In this document: positions 26,328 through 35,133 of the stretch, in pieces
Layout: the number at the start of each line of letters is the position of its first letter
How positions within the stretch are numbered: position 1 is the stretch's first letter
Assembly: GCA_023380585.1 (NCBI GenBank)
Contig: JAMCRN010000004.1
Coordinates: forward strand, 1-45,347
Source: Candidatus Parvarchaeota archaeon
GTDB lineage: Archaea; Nanobdellota; Nanobdellia; Parvarchaeales; Parvarchaeaceae
Reading direction: 5' to 3'
DNA: 45,347 nucleotides
Translations under genes and position numbers: made by a program
The notes under the pieces: generated by a model
Seen by the model: the letters and a program-made list of their open reading frames with translations, nothing else
What the model was told of the DNA's origin: nothing
Databases searched by the model: none

Positions 26328-27278
26328 TTATTTAAGTCTCCCAGCCATATTCCCGGATAGAGTCCTCTTCTTAGAGAACCTTTTTACTGCTATCCTCACC
26401 GAGTTCCTATAGGACAACGCCCCTATTACCACGACCACCAATATGACTATGAAGAAGCCGACGCCAAGACTGTGGAGGTTATGGACCTCTATAGGCGTTA
26501 TGACCGCGAAACTCAGTATCTGGGGGAAAGCGAGTATCAGCCCTCCAGCTACAAAAAACGTGAGTCCTCCGTACATCAATACGTTGGAGGCTATGTATTT
26601 TGCTATGAACTGGATCCCTTTCTCTGTTACGCACTTTACTTTCCTTATCCACGTGCCGAACAGCGCTCCGAAACTAAATTGCATAGTCATTGTCCCTAAC
26701 CCGAAAAGCAGGCCGGGAAGAAAAGCGACGTACGCATTAGGCATTGCCGGCGCGAATACGAAATAGATTATAAGGGCAAAGGCACCGAATCCGAAACCCG
26801 CTATAAGACCGTGTATGAACGCCATCTTCATCTTGACTTCTTTCTTATAAAAGTCTGTCTCTTCGTGTCTGAACCTGGGATGCATCCTTTTGCTGACGAA
26901 CTCGTTTAACTCTAGATGGGGATAGTATGACCCGTATTTAACGTAATGGCCTGCTATGTACATGACTGCCCCGACTATTATGTAGACTATCCCGAAGAAT
27001 ACTGGGGAGCTTATGAAATCTTTTATGCTGTAAAGCCCATACGCAAAGACAAAGAACATCAGCTCCGACATCAATGCGCGCTGGATGGTGAAACCCAGAG
27101 AGAATACCGCGCCCGCTTCCGCACCCTTGCGGCTGCTTCCGCTGCCTATCGCATAAGAGAAAGTTATCGGCCATGTATGCTCGTCTGGGGTTATACCGTG
27201 CACTATGCCAAGTATATAAGAGAGAAGAAATGTTATGTAAAGGCCGTCAAAAGTCGGATTAAAGAGGTTTATTGACAT
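26328..27278 (-). CDS. Polytopic membrane protein, possible metal-ion transporter (NicO/UreH-like motif); function uncertain
   Basis: About 8 hydrophobic helices. It has an HGITPDEH (H-x4-D-x-H) motif in the first helix and a second HGLIAGFGFG motif. The ATG at 27278 (MSINLF..) is preferred because the 71-aa upstream extension in the track is non-membrane and runs through the promoter region. Confidence 0.6.
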   Translation of the reverse strand: MSINLFNPTFDGLYITFLLSYILGIVHGITPDEHTWPITFSYAIGSGSSRKGAEAGAVFSLGFTIQRALMSELMFFVFAYGLYSIKDFISSPVFFGIVYIIVGAVMYIAGHYVKYGSYYPHLELNEFVSKRMHPRFRHEETDFYKKEVKMKMAFIHGLIAGFGFGAFALIIYFVFAPAMPNAYVAFLPGLLFGLGTMTMQFSFGALFGTWIRKVKCVTEKGIQFIAKYIASNVLMYGGLTFFVAGGLILAFPQILSFAVITPIEVHNLHSLGVGFFIVILVVVVIGALSYRNSVRIAVKRFSKKRTLSGNMAGRLK

Positions 27279-27371
27279 AGGCTGATGTGCGCATCTTTCT
27301 CCGGTATTTCTATTCCTTTGTGTGATTGTAAAGGATGTTTTATGATTATTATAATATAAACAAGTAGAGTA

Positions 27372-27379
27372 TTTATAAT
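27372..27379 (+). promoter_or_regulatory. TATA box (TTTATAAT), 21 nt upstream of ATG 27401
   Basis: tttataat at 27372-27379 in a divergent AT-rich intergenic region. Confidence 0.5.
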
Positions 27380-27400
27380 CAATATAAAACCAGGCAGCAT

Positions 27401-27736
27401 ATGACAAGAAGACTTTTGCTCCCAGTGCCTCAGACGGGTAAAAAAGACAGTCGCCAGCGCAGCCTGGAAAGTCTGTTAGTGTCGACTGCAAAAGAGCTTA
27501 ATCTTAAACCAGCCTGCAGGTATTCAGAGATAAGCCTTGAAGAAGCGGGGGCCTCTAGTGTTACCACTACAAAAAAGACTAGTATAATCTTCTGCGGAGA
27601 AAACGGAGAGGATTTGGAGGTCTCTTACACAAACAGGGCAAGCGCAGTCGAGATAGACATTGAAGACTTGTCTGCGTACGGAAGCGTTTTGGAAGCTAGA
27701 TACATCGACAAATTGAAGTCGATCGTGTGTGCGTAA
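27401..27736 (+). CDS. Hypothetical 111-aa protein
   Basis: The ORF has the canonical TATA-21-ATG geometry. I recognise no domain. A competing 79-aa minus-strand ORF lacks a promoter. Confidence 0.4.
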   Translation: MTRRLLLPVPQTGKKDSRQRSLESLLVSTAKELNLKPACRYSEISLEEAGASSVTTTKKTSIIFCGENGEDLEVSYTNRASAVEIDIEDLSAYGSVLEARYIDKLKSIVCA

Positions 27737-27800
27737 AAAGCTGGAATAGGATACGCTCAGCATAAAAGCGGTGCAGCCGCGTGTAAATGCGGCTAAAAAA

Positions 27801-28511
27801 CTAGATGGGTATACTTTTTCTTGGATATATCAAGCCGGGCATGCGCTTTTCCATTTTCATTACGTATTCACTGGACTCCCTTGTGAGATGGACCGGTATG
27901 AGATGCCTGGCTTTAGATTCCTGGAATACCCTCAACGTAGAGCTATAAGTAGAGTGCTTCCAGAAATCAGCGTCCTTCTTCCTTGCGTCAGTATAGGTCA
28001 TCTCGTGTATAAGATAGTCGGCATTTTCTGCGCCTTTTACCACGTTTTCGGAATAGGCCGTGTCTCCGCTGTAGAAGATGACTTTGCCTTTGTATTCGAT
28101 CCTGTAACCGTTGTCTGGGATTATGTGATTCGCGTGAAATCTTTGCACGGAATCGAAATCTCTCTCTTCTATGTATTTTATCTTTATATCGAACGCTTCT
28201 GGGGTATTCAGGGTCTTGAGAAGGGTCTCTGTGCTCCTTTTTATCCCTCTTGGGCCGACAAGGAAAAGAGGCTGTTTAGCGTGGTATATCGCCCTATACC
28301 ACAGAAGTTCTGGGATGCCTGAGAAGTGATCCAGGTGCATATGAGTTATGAAGACCGTCTCTATGCTGTTAGGGTCGACCCCCATATCCAACAGTGATTC
28401 TACAGAATGAGGGCCAAAATCGAATACCATCTTATCATCCAAAAGGAAAGAAACGTTGCGCTGGCCTCTTACGCTGTTAGAGCTCCAGACCCCTAAGAAC
28501 CTTACTCTCAT
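27801..28511 (-). CDS. MBL-fold metallo-hydrolase (RNase Z/PhnP-like short form)
   Basis: HxHxDH motif (ITHMHLDHFSG), a downstream GDT and His-containing motifs. It has an ATGA overlap with the upstream MFS gene. Confidence 0.8.
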   Translation of the reverse strand: MRVRFLGVWSSNSVRGQRNVSFLLDDKMVFDFGPHSVESLLDMGVDPNSIETVFITHMHLDHFSGIPELLWYRAIYHAKQPLFLVGPRGIKRSTETLLKTLNTPEAFDIKIKYIEERDFDSVQRFHANHIIPDNGYRIEYKGKVIFYSGDTAYSENVVKGAENADYLIHEMTYTDARKKDADFWKHSTYSSTLRVFQESKARHLIPVHLTRESSEYVMKMEKRMPGLIYPRKSIPI

Positions 28512-29878
28512 TGCTTTCCTGTCAGCTCTTCAAGGCTTTTACCCTTGGTTTCAGGAGCGAGTATCAGTGTAGCCAACAGACCTATAAGTGCGAATATACC
28601 GAAGAAAAGCATGCTGTACTTTATGCCTAACTGTGAAGCTATCAATGGGAAAGTCGTTATGCCTAGTATCGCTCCGACGCGGCTTATGGACGTACCAAGT
28701 CCCTGTCCTGTTGCTCTAAGCGAAGTAGGATAAAGCTCCTGTGGGTATACGAAGTCCATAGTGCCGGGGCCGAGAGTCTGTGTCACTTCAAAGAGTATGA
28801 ACATCGAAACTATGAGCACGCCAGATACAGCCACTACGGGTTTGCCTATGGCTACGCCGATAGGGGTGAAATAGAAAAGAGTGAACATCGCTATAAGCAT
28901 GCCCAAGAAACCAAGTGAATTCAAAAGCTTCCTGCCGGCTTTTTCTACCAGCAGAACGGCCAATACTCCGCCTATTATAGCGAACCCTGCGAATACCGCC
29001 GATGACAATACTGCATAGCTCTTCGTGAAACCTAATACTGTGAGTATGGTAGGGGTAAATATGCCTATCCCGTAGAAAGCAACATCATATGAAAACCAGA
29101 ATATCGCGACGAAAAGCGTCGCCTTTATATAACGCCTGTCGAAAAGCCTCAAGAAATTGGTCTTTACCTTCTTTGCTGAAAGACTGTCCGATCTCCCGAC
29201 GACAAAGCGCTCCACCTTCCTGGCTTCTTCTGACTTCCCATGGCTAGCCAGCCATCTCGGGGATTCCGGTATAGTCCTTCTCCAGAACAAGACTAGTATA
29301 GCAGGTATTATACCTACTGCGAACATGTATCTGAAAGCCTGTGTACCCAACGGCAAAAGCGCGTAGCCGATTATGAATGCAGCCGCATATCCTATCCACC
29401 ATGCAAGGACATTGAAGCTTAGAAGCCTGCCTCTCTTGTTTTTAGGAGAAAATTCTGCTATTATCGTAGTGCTTATAGCGTAGTCGGCGCCTATGCCGAT
29501 GCCTAAAAGCAACCTGAATGTGAACATCTGTATGAAGTTGACTGAGACTGCCGTAAGGGCCGTGAATACTATGAATATTACCATGTCCCACAGATACATA
29601 AGCCTCCTTCCATAGATATCGGTTATGTACCCTATCGATACGGCACCTATAAGCATTCCTATTACCGTGGATGCAGCTAAAAGTCCTAGATTGGCCGGAG
29701 AAGAAAGGTCGAAAGACGGTATCGTCTTCAGAAGAAGAATTGCTACAGAGATTATGGATATGTCAAAACCGTCCAAGAAGACGCCCATCGCAGAAAGAGC
29801 GGTTATCTTGTAATGGATACCTTTCATTTTAGCAGAGTCTAATGCGTTATAAACAGAACCACTCGATTTCTGCTGCAT
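28508..29878 (-). CDS. MFS transporter, sugar-porter family
   Basis: 12 TM helices. Motif A is GYITDIYGRRLMY. PESPRWL and PETKGKSLEEL are hallmark sugar-porter signatures. Confidence 0.85.
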   Translation of the reverse strand: MQQKSSGSVYNALDSAKMKGIHYKITALSAMGVFLDGFDISIISVAILLLKTIPSFDLSSPANLGLLAASTVIGMLIGAVSIGYITDIYGRRLMYLWDMVIFIVFTALTAVSVNFIQMFTFRLLLGIGIGADYAISTTIIAEFSPKNKRGRLLSFNVLAWWIGYAAAFIIGYALLPLGTQAFRYMFAVGIIPAILVLFWRRTIPESPRWLASHGKSEEARKVERFVVGRSDSLSAKKVKTNFLRLFDRRYIKATLFVAIFWFSYDVAFYGIGIFTPTILTVLGFTKSYAVLSSAVFAGFAIIGGVLAVLLVEKAGRKLLNSLGFLGMLIAMFTLFYFTPIGVAIGKPVVAVSGVLIVSMFILFEVTQTLGPGTMDFVYPQELYPTSLRATGQGLGTSISRVGAILGITTFPLIASQLGIKYSMLFFGIFALIGLLATLILAPETKGKSLEELTGKQ

Positions 29879-29943
29879 GAAAAAACGTATTATTTGGTAT
29901 ATTTAAAGCTTTCCTAGTTTATGCATATATATATTGTATATTG

Positions 29944-30408
29944 TTACGTCAAGGACCTGCTCACATTGTCGATTATCTCTCTTATGCTGCTTTCAGCGGC
30001 TTTTCTCACGAGGTTCTCGCCGAAGACTTTGGCGAAACCACCGGTATCGACGCTTGCCTCCCAATGGATATTGGTGCCGGAAGCATTTGGTGACATATTT
30101 ATAAGTATCCTTATCTTGAAGCGAACGCCTATAGACTTGCCTTCCCCGGTAACGAGAAGGGAAGACTTTGGGACTTTTTCTTCAATCATACCGGAAAATT
30201 TTATATTTGCATTAGAGATATAGGAAGCTCCTAAGAATTTTCCTGTGTACTTCTTCAGGTCTATTGTGAACATGGCCTGGAACTTCTTGCCTTCTACACT
30301 TATGGAGTTTACACCGGGCAGGAATTTACTGAAATTATTCGGGTCTGATATCAACTGCCATACGATGTCCGGCGTAGCTTTGACTTCGAATCCTCCATTC
30401 AGCTCCAT
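29944..30408 (-). CDS. SRPBCC-superfamily protein (CoxG-like)
   Basis: The N-terminus MELNGGFEVKATPDIVWQLISDPNNFSKFLPGV is typical of CoxG/SRPBCC proteins. The ATG at 30408 is 1 nt after the stop of the upstream gene. The track start at 30417 is a TTG. Confidence 0.7.
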   Translation of the reverse strand: MELNGGFEVKATPDIVWQLISDPNNFSKFLPGVNSISVEGKKFQAMFTIDLKKYTGKFLGASYISNANIKFSGMIEEKVPKSSLLVTGEGKSIGVRFKIRILINMSPNASGTNIHWEASVDTGGFAKVFGENLVRKAAESSIREIIDNVSRSLT

Positions 30409-30409
30409 A

Positions 30410-31720
30410 TCAATCAAAAAGCAATCGTGATATTATAAGATCCATCGCAGGAGAGTACATGTCGCTGAATGTCCGGCTGGAAGTCTCCTCAAGGACCTCC
30501 CTAAGGAAACCGTCCGATAAGCCGGTCTTTTCAGCTATCTTAGACAGATTATCATTGGTTAACTTTGGCCATTCAAGCTGTATCCTATTTGTTTTCGATC
30601 TTTCTTTAGAGCCAAATATATGACACACATGATCTCCTACGTCCTTGGCTATGAGCCTTGACGTGCTCAACTTCCCCCCTCCGATGCTTAACAAACCTGC
30701 CATATCATCAAGTTTTGAGTGGTCGAATATCATGAAATCCCTGCTTGTTTCCCTGCCTGTCGGATCCGACCCCGCCTGAGCCACGAGAGCCCTGACGCCT
30801 GAATAAGACCTGTGCACCGGCATGTTTTTTATGACCGGTATAAGTTTAGACCCCTCATTTTTCAAGAATTCTATATCGTCTTTGTCTATGCGGACCTTGT
30901 CCGGGCTGTTCACGAGGAAAGACGTCGTGCCGACTATAGACTGGCCGAAAAACGGCACGATTATATCACCGTCTGAAGGAGGCCTTAGGCGGTTCAGAAC
31001 ATATCTAGTGAAACGACTGTCGAAGACGATCATAGTACCGGCCGATAAGATCGTCTTCATGCTTCTTATATTCAGGCTCTTGAAAAGAAGACGGGAAGAC
31101 CACGCGCCGCTTGCATTGATAACCAAATCGGCCTTTAAATCCGCAGTTTTGCCGGTACGGACATTTCTAGTCCTTATACCAGTCACATTCTTCCCTGCTG
31201 TTTTGAAATCTATCACTTCGGTATCGAATAAGACATCGGCTCCCTCGCTCTTGGCGGTCAAAAGAAGGCTGGCGATGTATCTGAAAGAATTTATCACCTT
31301 ATCTGGCACCAAAAAAGCGGACTTTACGGATTTTGATATGAACGGTTCCTCCTGCTTTAATGATTCTATGTCTACCGGTCTGCATTCTATGCCTGCTTTT
31401 GCGCAGCCTTTAAGGAAGGCTTCTTTATACGAGTCGTCCTCCCCTTCCAAAGAAATGAAGAGACCGCCTGTGTCTTCCACGCAGTGTCCAGCTATTCTGC
31501 TTATGACTTTATTGTCCTGTACGCTTTCCCTGGCTGTTTTTATGTCGTTTGCGGCATACCTTGCACCGCTGTGAAGGAGCCCGTGGAACCTCCCGCTGGT
31601 TCCGCCTATTATATTCCCCTTTTCTACTACTGATACCTTGAATCCTCTGCTCGATAGATCATGCGCTATGGCCGAGCCGATGGCGCCTGCGCCTATCACC
31701 GCTATCTTTGTTTTCGACAT
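30410..31720 (-). CDS. glpA: FAD-dependent glycerol-3-phosphate dehydrogenase, GlpA-like
   Basis: Dinucleotide fold KIAVIGAGAIGSAIAHDL..VVEK, followed by GGTSGRFHGLLHSGARY, which is characteristic of GlpA/GlpD. Confidence 0.75.
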   Translation of the reverse strand: MSKTKIAVIGAGAIGSAIAHDLSSRGFKVSVVEKGNIIGGTSGRFHGLLHSGARYAANDIKTARESVQDNKVISRIAGHCVEDTGGLFISLEGEDDSYKEAFLKGCAKAGIECRPVDIESLKQEEPFISKSVKSAFLVPDKVINSFRYIASLLLTAKSEGADVLFDTEVIDFKTAGKNVTGIRTRNVRTGKTADLKADLVINASGAWSSRLLFKSLNIRSMKTILSAGTMIVFDSRFTRYVLNRLRPPSDGDIIVPFFGQSIVGTTSFLVNSPDKVRIDKDDIEFLKNEGSKLIPVIKNMPVHRSYSGVRALVAQAGSDPTGRETSRDFMIFDHSKLDDMAGLLSIGGGKLSTSRLIAKDVGDHVCHIFGSKERSKTNRIQLEWPKLTNDNLSKIAEKTGLSDGFLREVLEETSSRTFSDMYSPAMDLIISRLLFD

Positions 31721-31869
31721 AGTGGAAAGCGGCTGCCGGCCAGGGATATCCTTGACATCCTCCCATCAATAAATCTATGGGATTCCGCAGCCAGGATAAT
31801 ACTTCGCAATGTGCAGATTTATAGCTTGTTTTTTGGCTGCCGATCCTGTGTTCTGCTTGTGTTTCCGAC

Positions 31870-32652
31870 TTAAATCAGCAGGGCGTCCTTTCTGAATGTC
31901 ATCAGACTTAGATAGAAAAGAAATACATCGACGAGCGCCAGAAACAGGATCAATATCGACAGGAACAGTACATTTAGCCTGGCCAGACCAAGCAGGGATG
32001 AGAAGGGAAGTATGAGGAGAGGCATGACCAGCAATGACGTAAGCTGCTGCGCCTCTTTTATGCCGCGCACGTGGGCTGATATCAGAACGACTATGGAGAT
32101 CGGGGCCAGGGCCAAGAATGGGACGCTTCCCAGCATAAGAAGCCATGAAGCTGTTGGGAGGATATATAGATGGAACTGCTGATATGATAGGAAATTTACT
32201 ATGGACCCGTATATCGCGAAGGCGAGGACTGTCATCAAAACCGTGGGCAAGAATGAGGCTAGTATCTTGCCTGACAAAAGTTCCCCTCTTGTCAGCGGTG
32301 AGGAAAGCAGCGGTTCCGCCGTCTTACGCTCTTTTTCGCCGGCAAAACTGTCCGCGGCTATTACAGCGGAAGTCACTATCGGCATGGTCATAAATATCGG
32401 GCCGAGGATGTTTATAGAGAAATAAGCCATGAAGGATATGCTCTTGAACGCCGGGAGGGAAGAAGATATGCCGGATATGTTTATCGCTGCGGCTATGCTT
32501 GGAGCCTCATGTATTGCTATATACAATGAGACTACAGGCAGGAAAGCCGCAAACGCAAGCGGTATCCCGAACATCGGACCGAATATGAATATGCTGCTGA
32601 ACACTTCTTTAAGGTCCTTCGCCGCCAATGATATCACTTTTCTGCCTTCCAT
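31870..32652 (-). CDS. ABC-2 type transporter permease
   Basis: About 6 TM helices. The ATG at 32652 is 1 nt after the stop of the upstream ABC ATPase (TGA-T-ATG). Confidence 0.7.
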   Translation of the reverse strand: MEGRKVISLAAKDLKEVFSSIFIFGPMFGIPLAFAAFLPVVSLYIAIHEAPSIAAAINISGISSSLPAFKSISFMAYFSINILGPIFMTMPIVTSAVIAADSFAGEKERKTAEPLLSSPLTRGELLSGKILASFLPTVLMTVLAFAIYGSIVNFLSYQQFHLYILPTASWLLMLGSVPFLALAPISIVVLISAHVRGIKEAQQLTSLLVMPLLILPFSSLLGLARLNVLFLSILILFLALVDVFLFYLSLMTFRKDALLI

Positions 32653-32653
32653 A

Positions 32654-33559
32654 TCAATCCTTTGACATCTTTTCCAGGATCGGTTCAAGATAGTCGACGT
32701 TGACTATATCCGCTCCTGAAGACATAAGCCTCCTCAGTGTGCTGTTTATCTCCCTATAATCCTTTATTTTTACGCGTATGGAGCTGCTGTACTCTTCGTC
32801 TGCGCCGACTATCTCCAATCCCTCCTTCCTAAGCTTTTCTATGCGCATAGGCCTTGCGAAGCGGATGAGGATGGTAGCGTCTCCGCCTATTTTCTTGTAG
32901 AGAAGGTATGTTTTTGTATCGTCTGCCATGGCTCCTTTGTCCAGTATTATCAATCTCGAGTTGAACCTTGTGACCTCGTCCAGTTTCTGCGTGACGAACA
33001 ATACGGAATTGCCCTCTCTTGAATATGTCTTCATGAACTCTCTTACATATTCAGAGGAGGAAGCGTCCAAAAACGCTGTCGGCTCGTCCAAGAGAAGCGC
33101 TTTCGGCCTGTTCAGTATAGAGCGGCAGAAGGCTATCTTCTGCTTTGTGCCCCTGCTCAAGGAATAGACCTTCGCGTCAAGGAAACGCAGCGCGTCCATC
33201 TCTTTCAGCGTCTTCCTGGCTATTTCCTCTGTGTCCTCGTCTTTTATCCCATATAGCCTGCCGAAGAACCTTAGATTGTCAGACACGCTCAAATAATCAT
33301 AAAGGGAATAGTTGTCAGACAAAAGAGACATCCGCTGCCTTGACGCATCATCTTTGTACGGATCCCGCCCGAAAACCCTGATCTTCCCCGAGTCTATCCT
33401 GTACAGCCCCATTATGCACCGCAGCAGGGTGCTTTTGCCGGCGCCGTTCGGCCCTAGTATTATGCTCAGGCCTGGGTAGAAAGAAACTGTTATCTTGTTT
33501 ATGGCAGTGGTCGCCTTGAAACGCTTTGAGGCCCTGTTTATGGCGATGTATGGTTCCAT
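32654..33559 (-). CDS. ABC transporter ATP-binding protein with C-terminal extension
   Basis: Walker A GPNGAGKST, signature LSRGTKQKIAF, Walker B LLLDEPTAFLD, plus an extra C-terminal domain of about 80 aa. Confidence 0.9.
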   Translation of the reverse strand: MEPYIAINRASKRFKATTAINKITVSFYPGLSIILGPNGAGKSTLLRCIMGLYRIDSGKIRVFGRDPYKDDASRQRMSLLSDNYSLYDYLSVSDNLRFFGRLYGIKDEDTEEIARKTLKEMDALRFLDAKVYSLSRGTKQKIAFCRSILNRPKALLLDEPTAFLDASSSEYVREFMKTYSREGNSVLFVTQKLDEVTRFNSRLIILDKGAMADDTKTYLLYKKIGGDATILIRFARPMRIEKLRKEGLEIVGADEEYSSSIRVKIKDYREINSTLRRLMSSGADIVNVDYLEPILEKMSKD

Positions 33560-33651
33560 TTTATCCTAACATCATAATCATTACAAATTTTCACAATTTA
33601 TAAGTTCTATATAACAATAATACAATGTAAAAGCTACTTGACTTATAAAGA

Positions 33652-33659
33652 TTTATATA
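33652..33659 (+). promoter_or_regulatory. TATA box (TTTATATA), 22 nt upstream of ATG 33682
   Basis: tttatata at 33652-33659. It is too close (12 nt) to the track start at 33673. Confidence 0.45.
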
Positions 33660-33681
33660 ACATAAAAATCATATGTTATAT

Positions 33682-34266
33682 ATGAAATACAAATCGATAC
33701 TACTGACCGAGCAGGCTTATAAGGAATTGCTAGCTGTAAGGGAATCGCTGTCGAAGAAGGCGTCCAAAGCCGTCACGTTCAGCGAAACCATCGAGGAATT
33801 GGCAGGTAGGAGATCTCTCCTTTTGAGCTTAAATCCGGATTTGGTCGACTATATAACAAAATTTGTCGAATTGTTGGAAAGACGGGAAGGAGTAAAAGGC
33901 GTAGTGCTTTTCGGCTCTATTTCAAAGGGCACTGCCACGAAATACAGTGATATAGACCTATTTATAATTGTCGAGGGAAAGTTGGGAGATTATTATGATT
34001 ATGCGCACACCGCTATAATGTCCCTCAACGAACGCAGGCAGGTTTTAGTTGAGAAGGGCGTGTTTAATTACTTGAGCCCTACGGTAGTGGGTATAGAAGA
34101 CCTGAACGAATTTAAACCGCTGTATCTTGACATAGCCGATTACGGGATAGTGCTGTATGACCCTGAAGGGATTGTAGGAGGATTTATGAAAAAAATGAAA
34201 GCTATCCCGCATAGGAGGGAGCAAACTGTCTATGGAGAGGTGCTGAAATGGAAAATAAAAGAGTAG
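33682..34266 (+). CDS. Minimal nucleotidyltransferase (MNT) with an N-terminal antitoxin-like helical/RHH-like extension
   Basis: NTase motif GVVLFGSISKGTATKYSDIDLFIIVEG (G-S ... D-x-D). The N-terminal ~50 aa (ILLTEQAYKELLAVRESL..) looks like a small DNA-binding antitoxin module. The gene overlaps the HEPN gene by 19 nt. Confidence 0.8.
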   Translation: MKYKSILLTEQAYKELLAVRESLSKKASKAVTFSETIEELAGRRSLLLSLNPDLVDYITKFVELLERREGVKGVVLFGSISKGTATKYSDIDLFIIVEGKLGDYYDYAHTAIMSLNERRQVLVEKGVFNYLSPTVVGIEDLNEFKPLYLDIADYGIVLYDPEGIVGGFMKKMKAIPHRREQTVYGEVLKWKIKE

Positions 34267-34658
34267 CTACATGGCTAGACGATGCGAAAAGATGGCTTGC
34301 AATGTCGAGATCCGCTGAAAAGGATAAATTTTATGACAAGGGGCTTTATTGTCTGGAGATGTCGATGGAATCCGCCATAAAAGCGCTTTTTACCGGTTCA
34401 GATATAGAATTTCCCAAGACTCATAATATGACACACCTGATATTGCTCAACAAAGACAGTTTGCCGCTGCCGATAAAGAGGGATTCAGAAGAGTTGATAG
34501 ACGTTTTCAGTGCTCTTCTCGAAAGCAGAAACGCATCAGGCTACAAGGCCGAAAGTAGTTTTACGGATATTGAGTTTAAGAAGAAATTAGACAGGTACAT
34601 GCCTCGCTCAGAAAAACTTATAAAAGAGATAGAAGACAGCCTAAATAAACCGTTATAA
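34248..34658 (+). CDS. HEPN domain protein (partner of MNT)
   Basis: The pattern WLDDAKRWLAMSR..GLYCLEMSMESAIKALF..PKTHNMTHLILL is typical of HEPN helices. A GAGGTG SD lies upstream. There is an R-N-x-x-x-Y at the position where the R-x4-6-H motif is expected. Confidence 0.78.
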   Translation: MENKRVATWLDDAKRWLAMSRSAEKDKFYDKGLYCLEMSMESAIKALFTGSDIEFPKTHNMTHLILLNKDSLPLPIKRDSEELIDVFSALLESRNASGYKAESSFTDIEFKKKLDRYMPRSEKLIKEIEDSLNKPL

Positions 34659-34755
34659 ATAAGAGCTTTGATAGCAACGTATAAAGTATGAAAGATAGCT
34701 TTCTTTTGGAGATTTAATACGAAATTAATTATACTTTAGAAATATATATAAACAG

Positions 34756-35088
34756 ATGAGTCATTTGACTATGATGGAAAAAAGAACGTTCAGTCTGGAA
34801 GAGATATTAAAGAACAACGTTATATTATCCTCCAAAGACAGAAAGGTAAGGATATACGGACTTCTTAACGAAGGAAGGAAGTCGGACGTCAGCGCATACG
34901 TCGAAAGCGACAGCATAAATGGGTCTTTTTACAGTGTAAAAATAGAAGTCGAACCAGAGATAAAGCACCTTGTTTATGGAAGCTGCACGTGCGAAAGCTT
35001 CGAGTACCATGGGAACCCGTGCAAGCACATGCTTAAGCTTAGAAACGTATTCCAGAAGAACCTGGATAAACTTTATAATAAAAAGTAA
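34756..35088 (+). CDS. SWIM zinc-finger protein (small, stand-alone)
   Basis: C-x-C-x(n)-C-x-H signature: GSCTCESFEYHGNPCKHM. Confidence 0.72.
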   Translation: MSHLTMMEKRTFSLEEILKNNVILSSKDRKVRIYGLLNEGRKSDVSAYVESDSINGSFYSVKIEVEPEIKHLVYGSCTCESFEYHGNPCKHMLKLRNVFQKNLDKLYNKK

Positions 35089-35133
35089 GCGGGAACGCAC
35101 ATGTGTCTCGCCGGGCTTTTAATGCAGGGCTGT

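Noticed and set aside
27279-27491. A 71-aa N-terminal extension of the membrane protein in the ORF track (start 27491).
   Set aside because: The extension is non-hydrophobic and Cys/Tyr-rich. It runs through the divergent AT-rich promoter region and overlaps the start of orf 27401. The first helix begins right after the ATG at 27278.
30822-31574. A 250-aa plus-strand ORF lying entirely inside the glpA-like gene.
   Set aside because: It is antisense to a gene with clear FAD-dehydrogenase motifs. Its product is low-complexity (Ser/Leu/Phe-rich) and it has no promoter box. This is typical of an open antisense frame in a codon-biased gene.
31721-31869. A GC-richer 150-nt intergenic region, examined for a C/D-box sRNA or a structured ncRNA.
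   Set aside because: I found no convincing C (RUGAUGA) / D (CUGA) box pair and no stable hairpin, only an 8-nt direct repeat. I treat it as a probable 5' leader of glpA (see the glpA finding).
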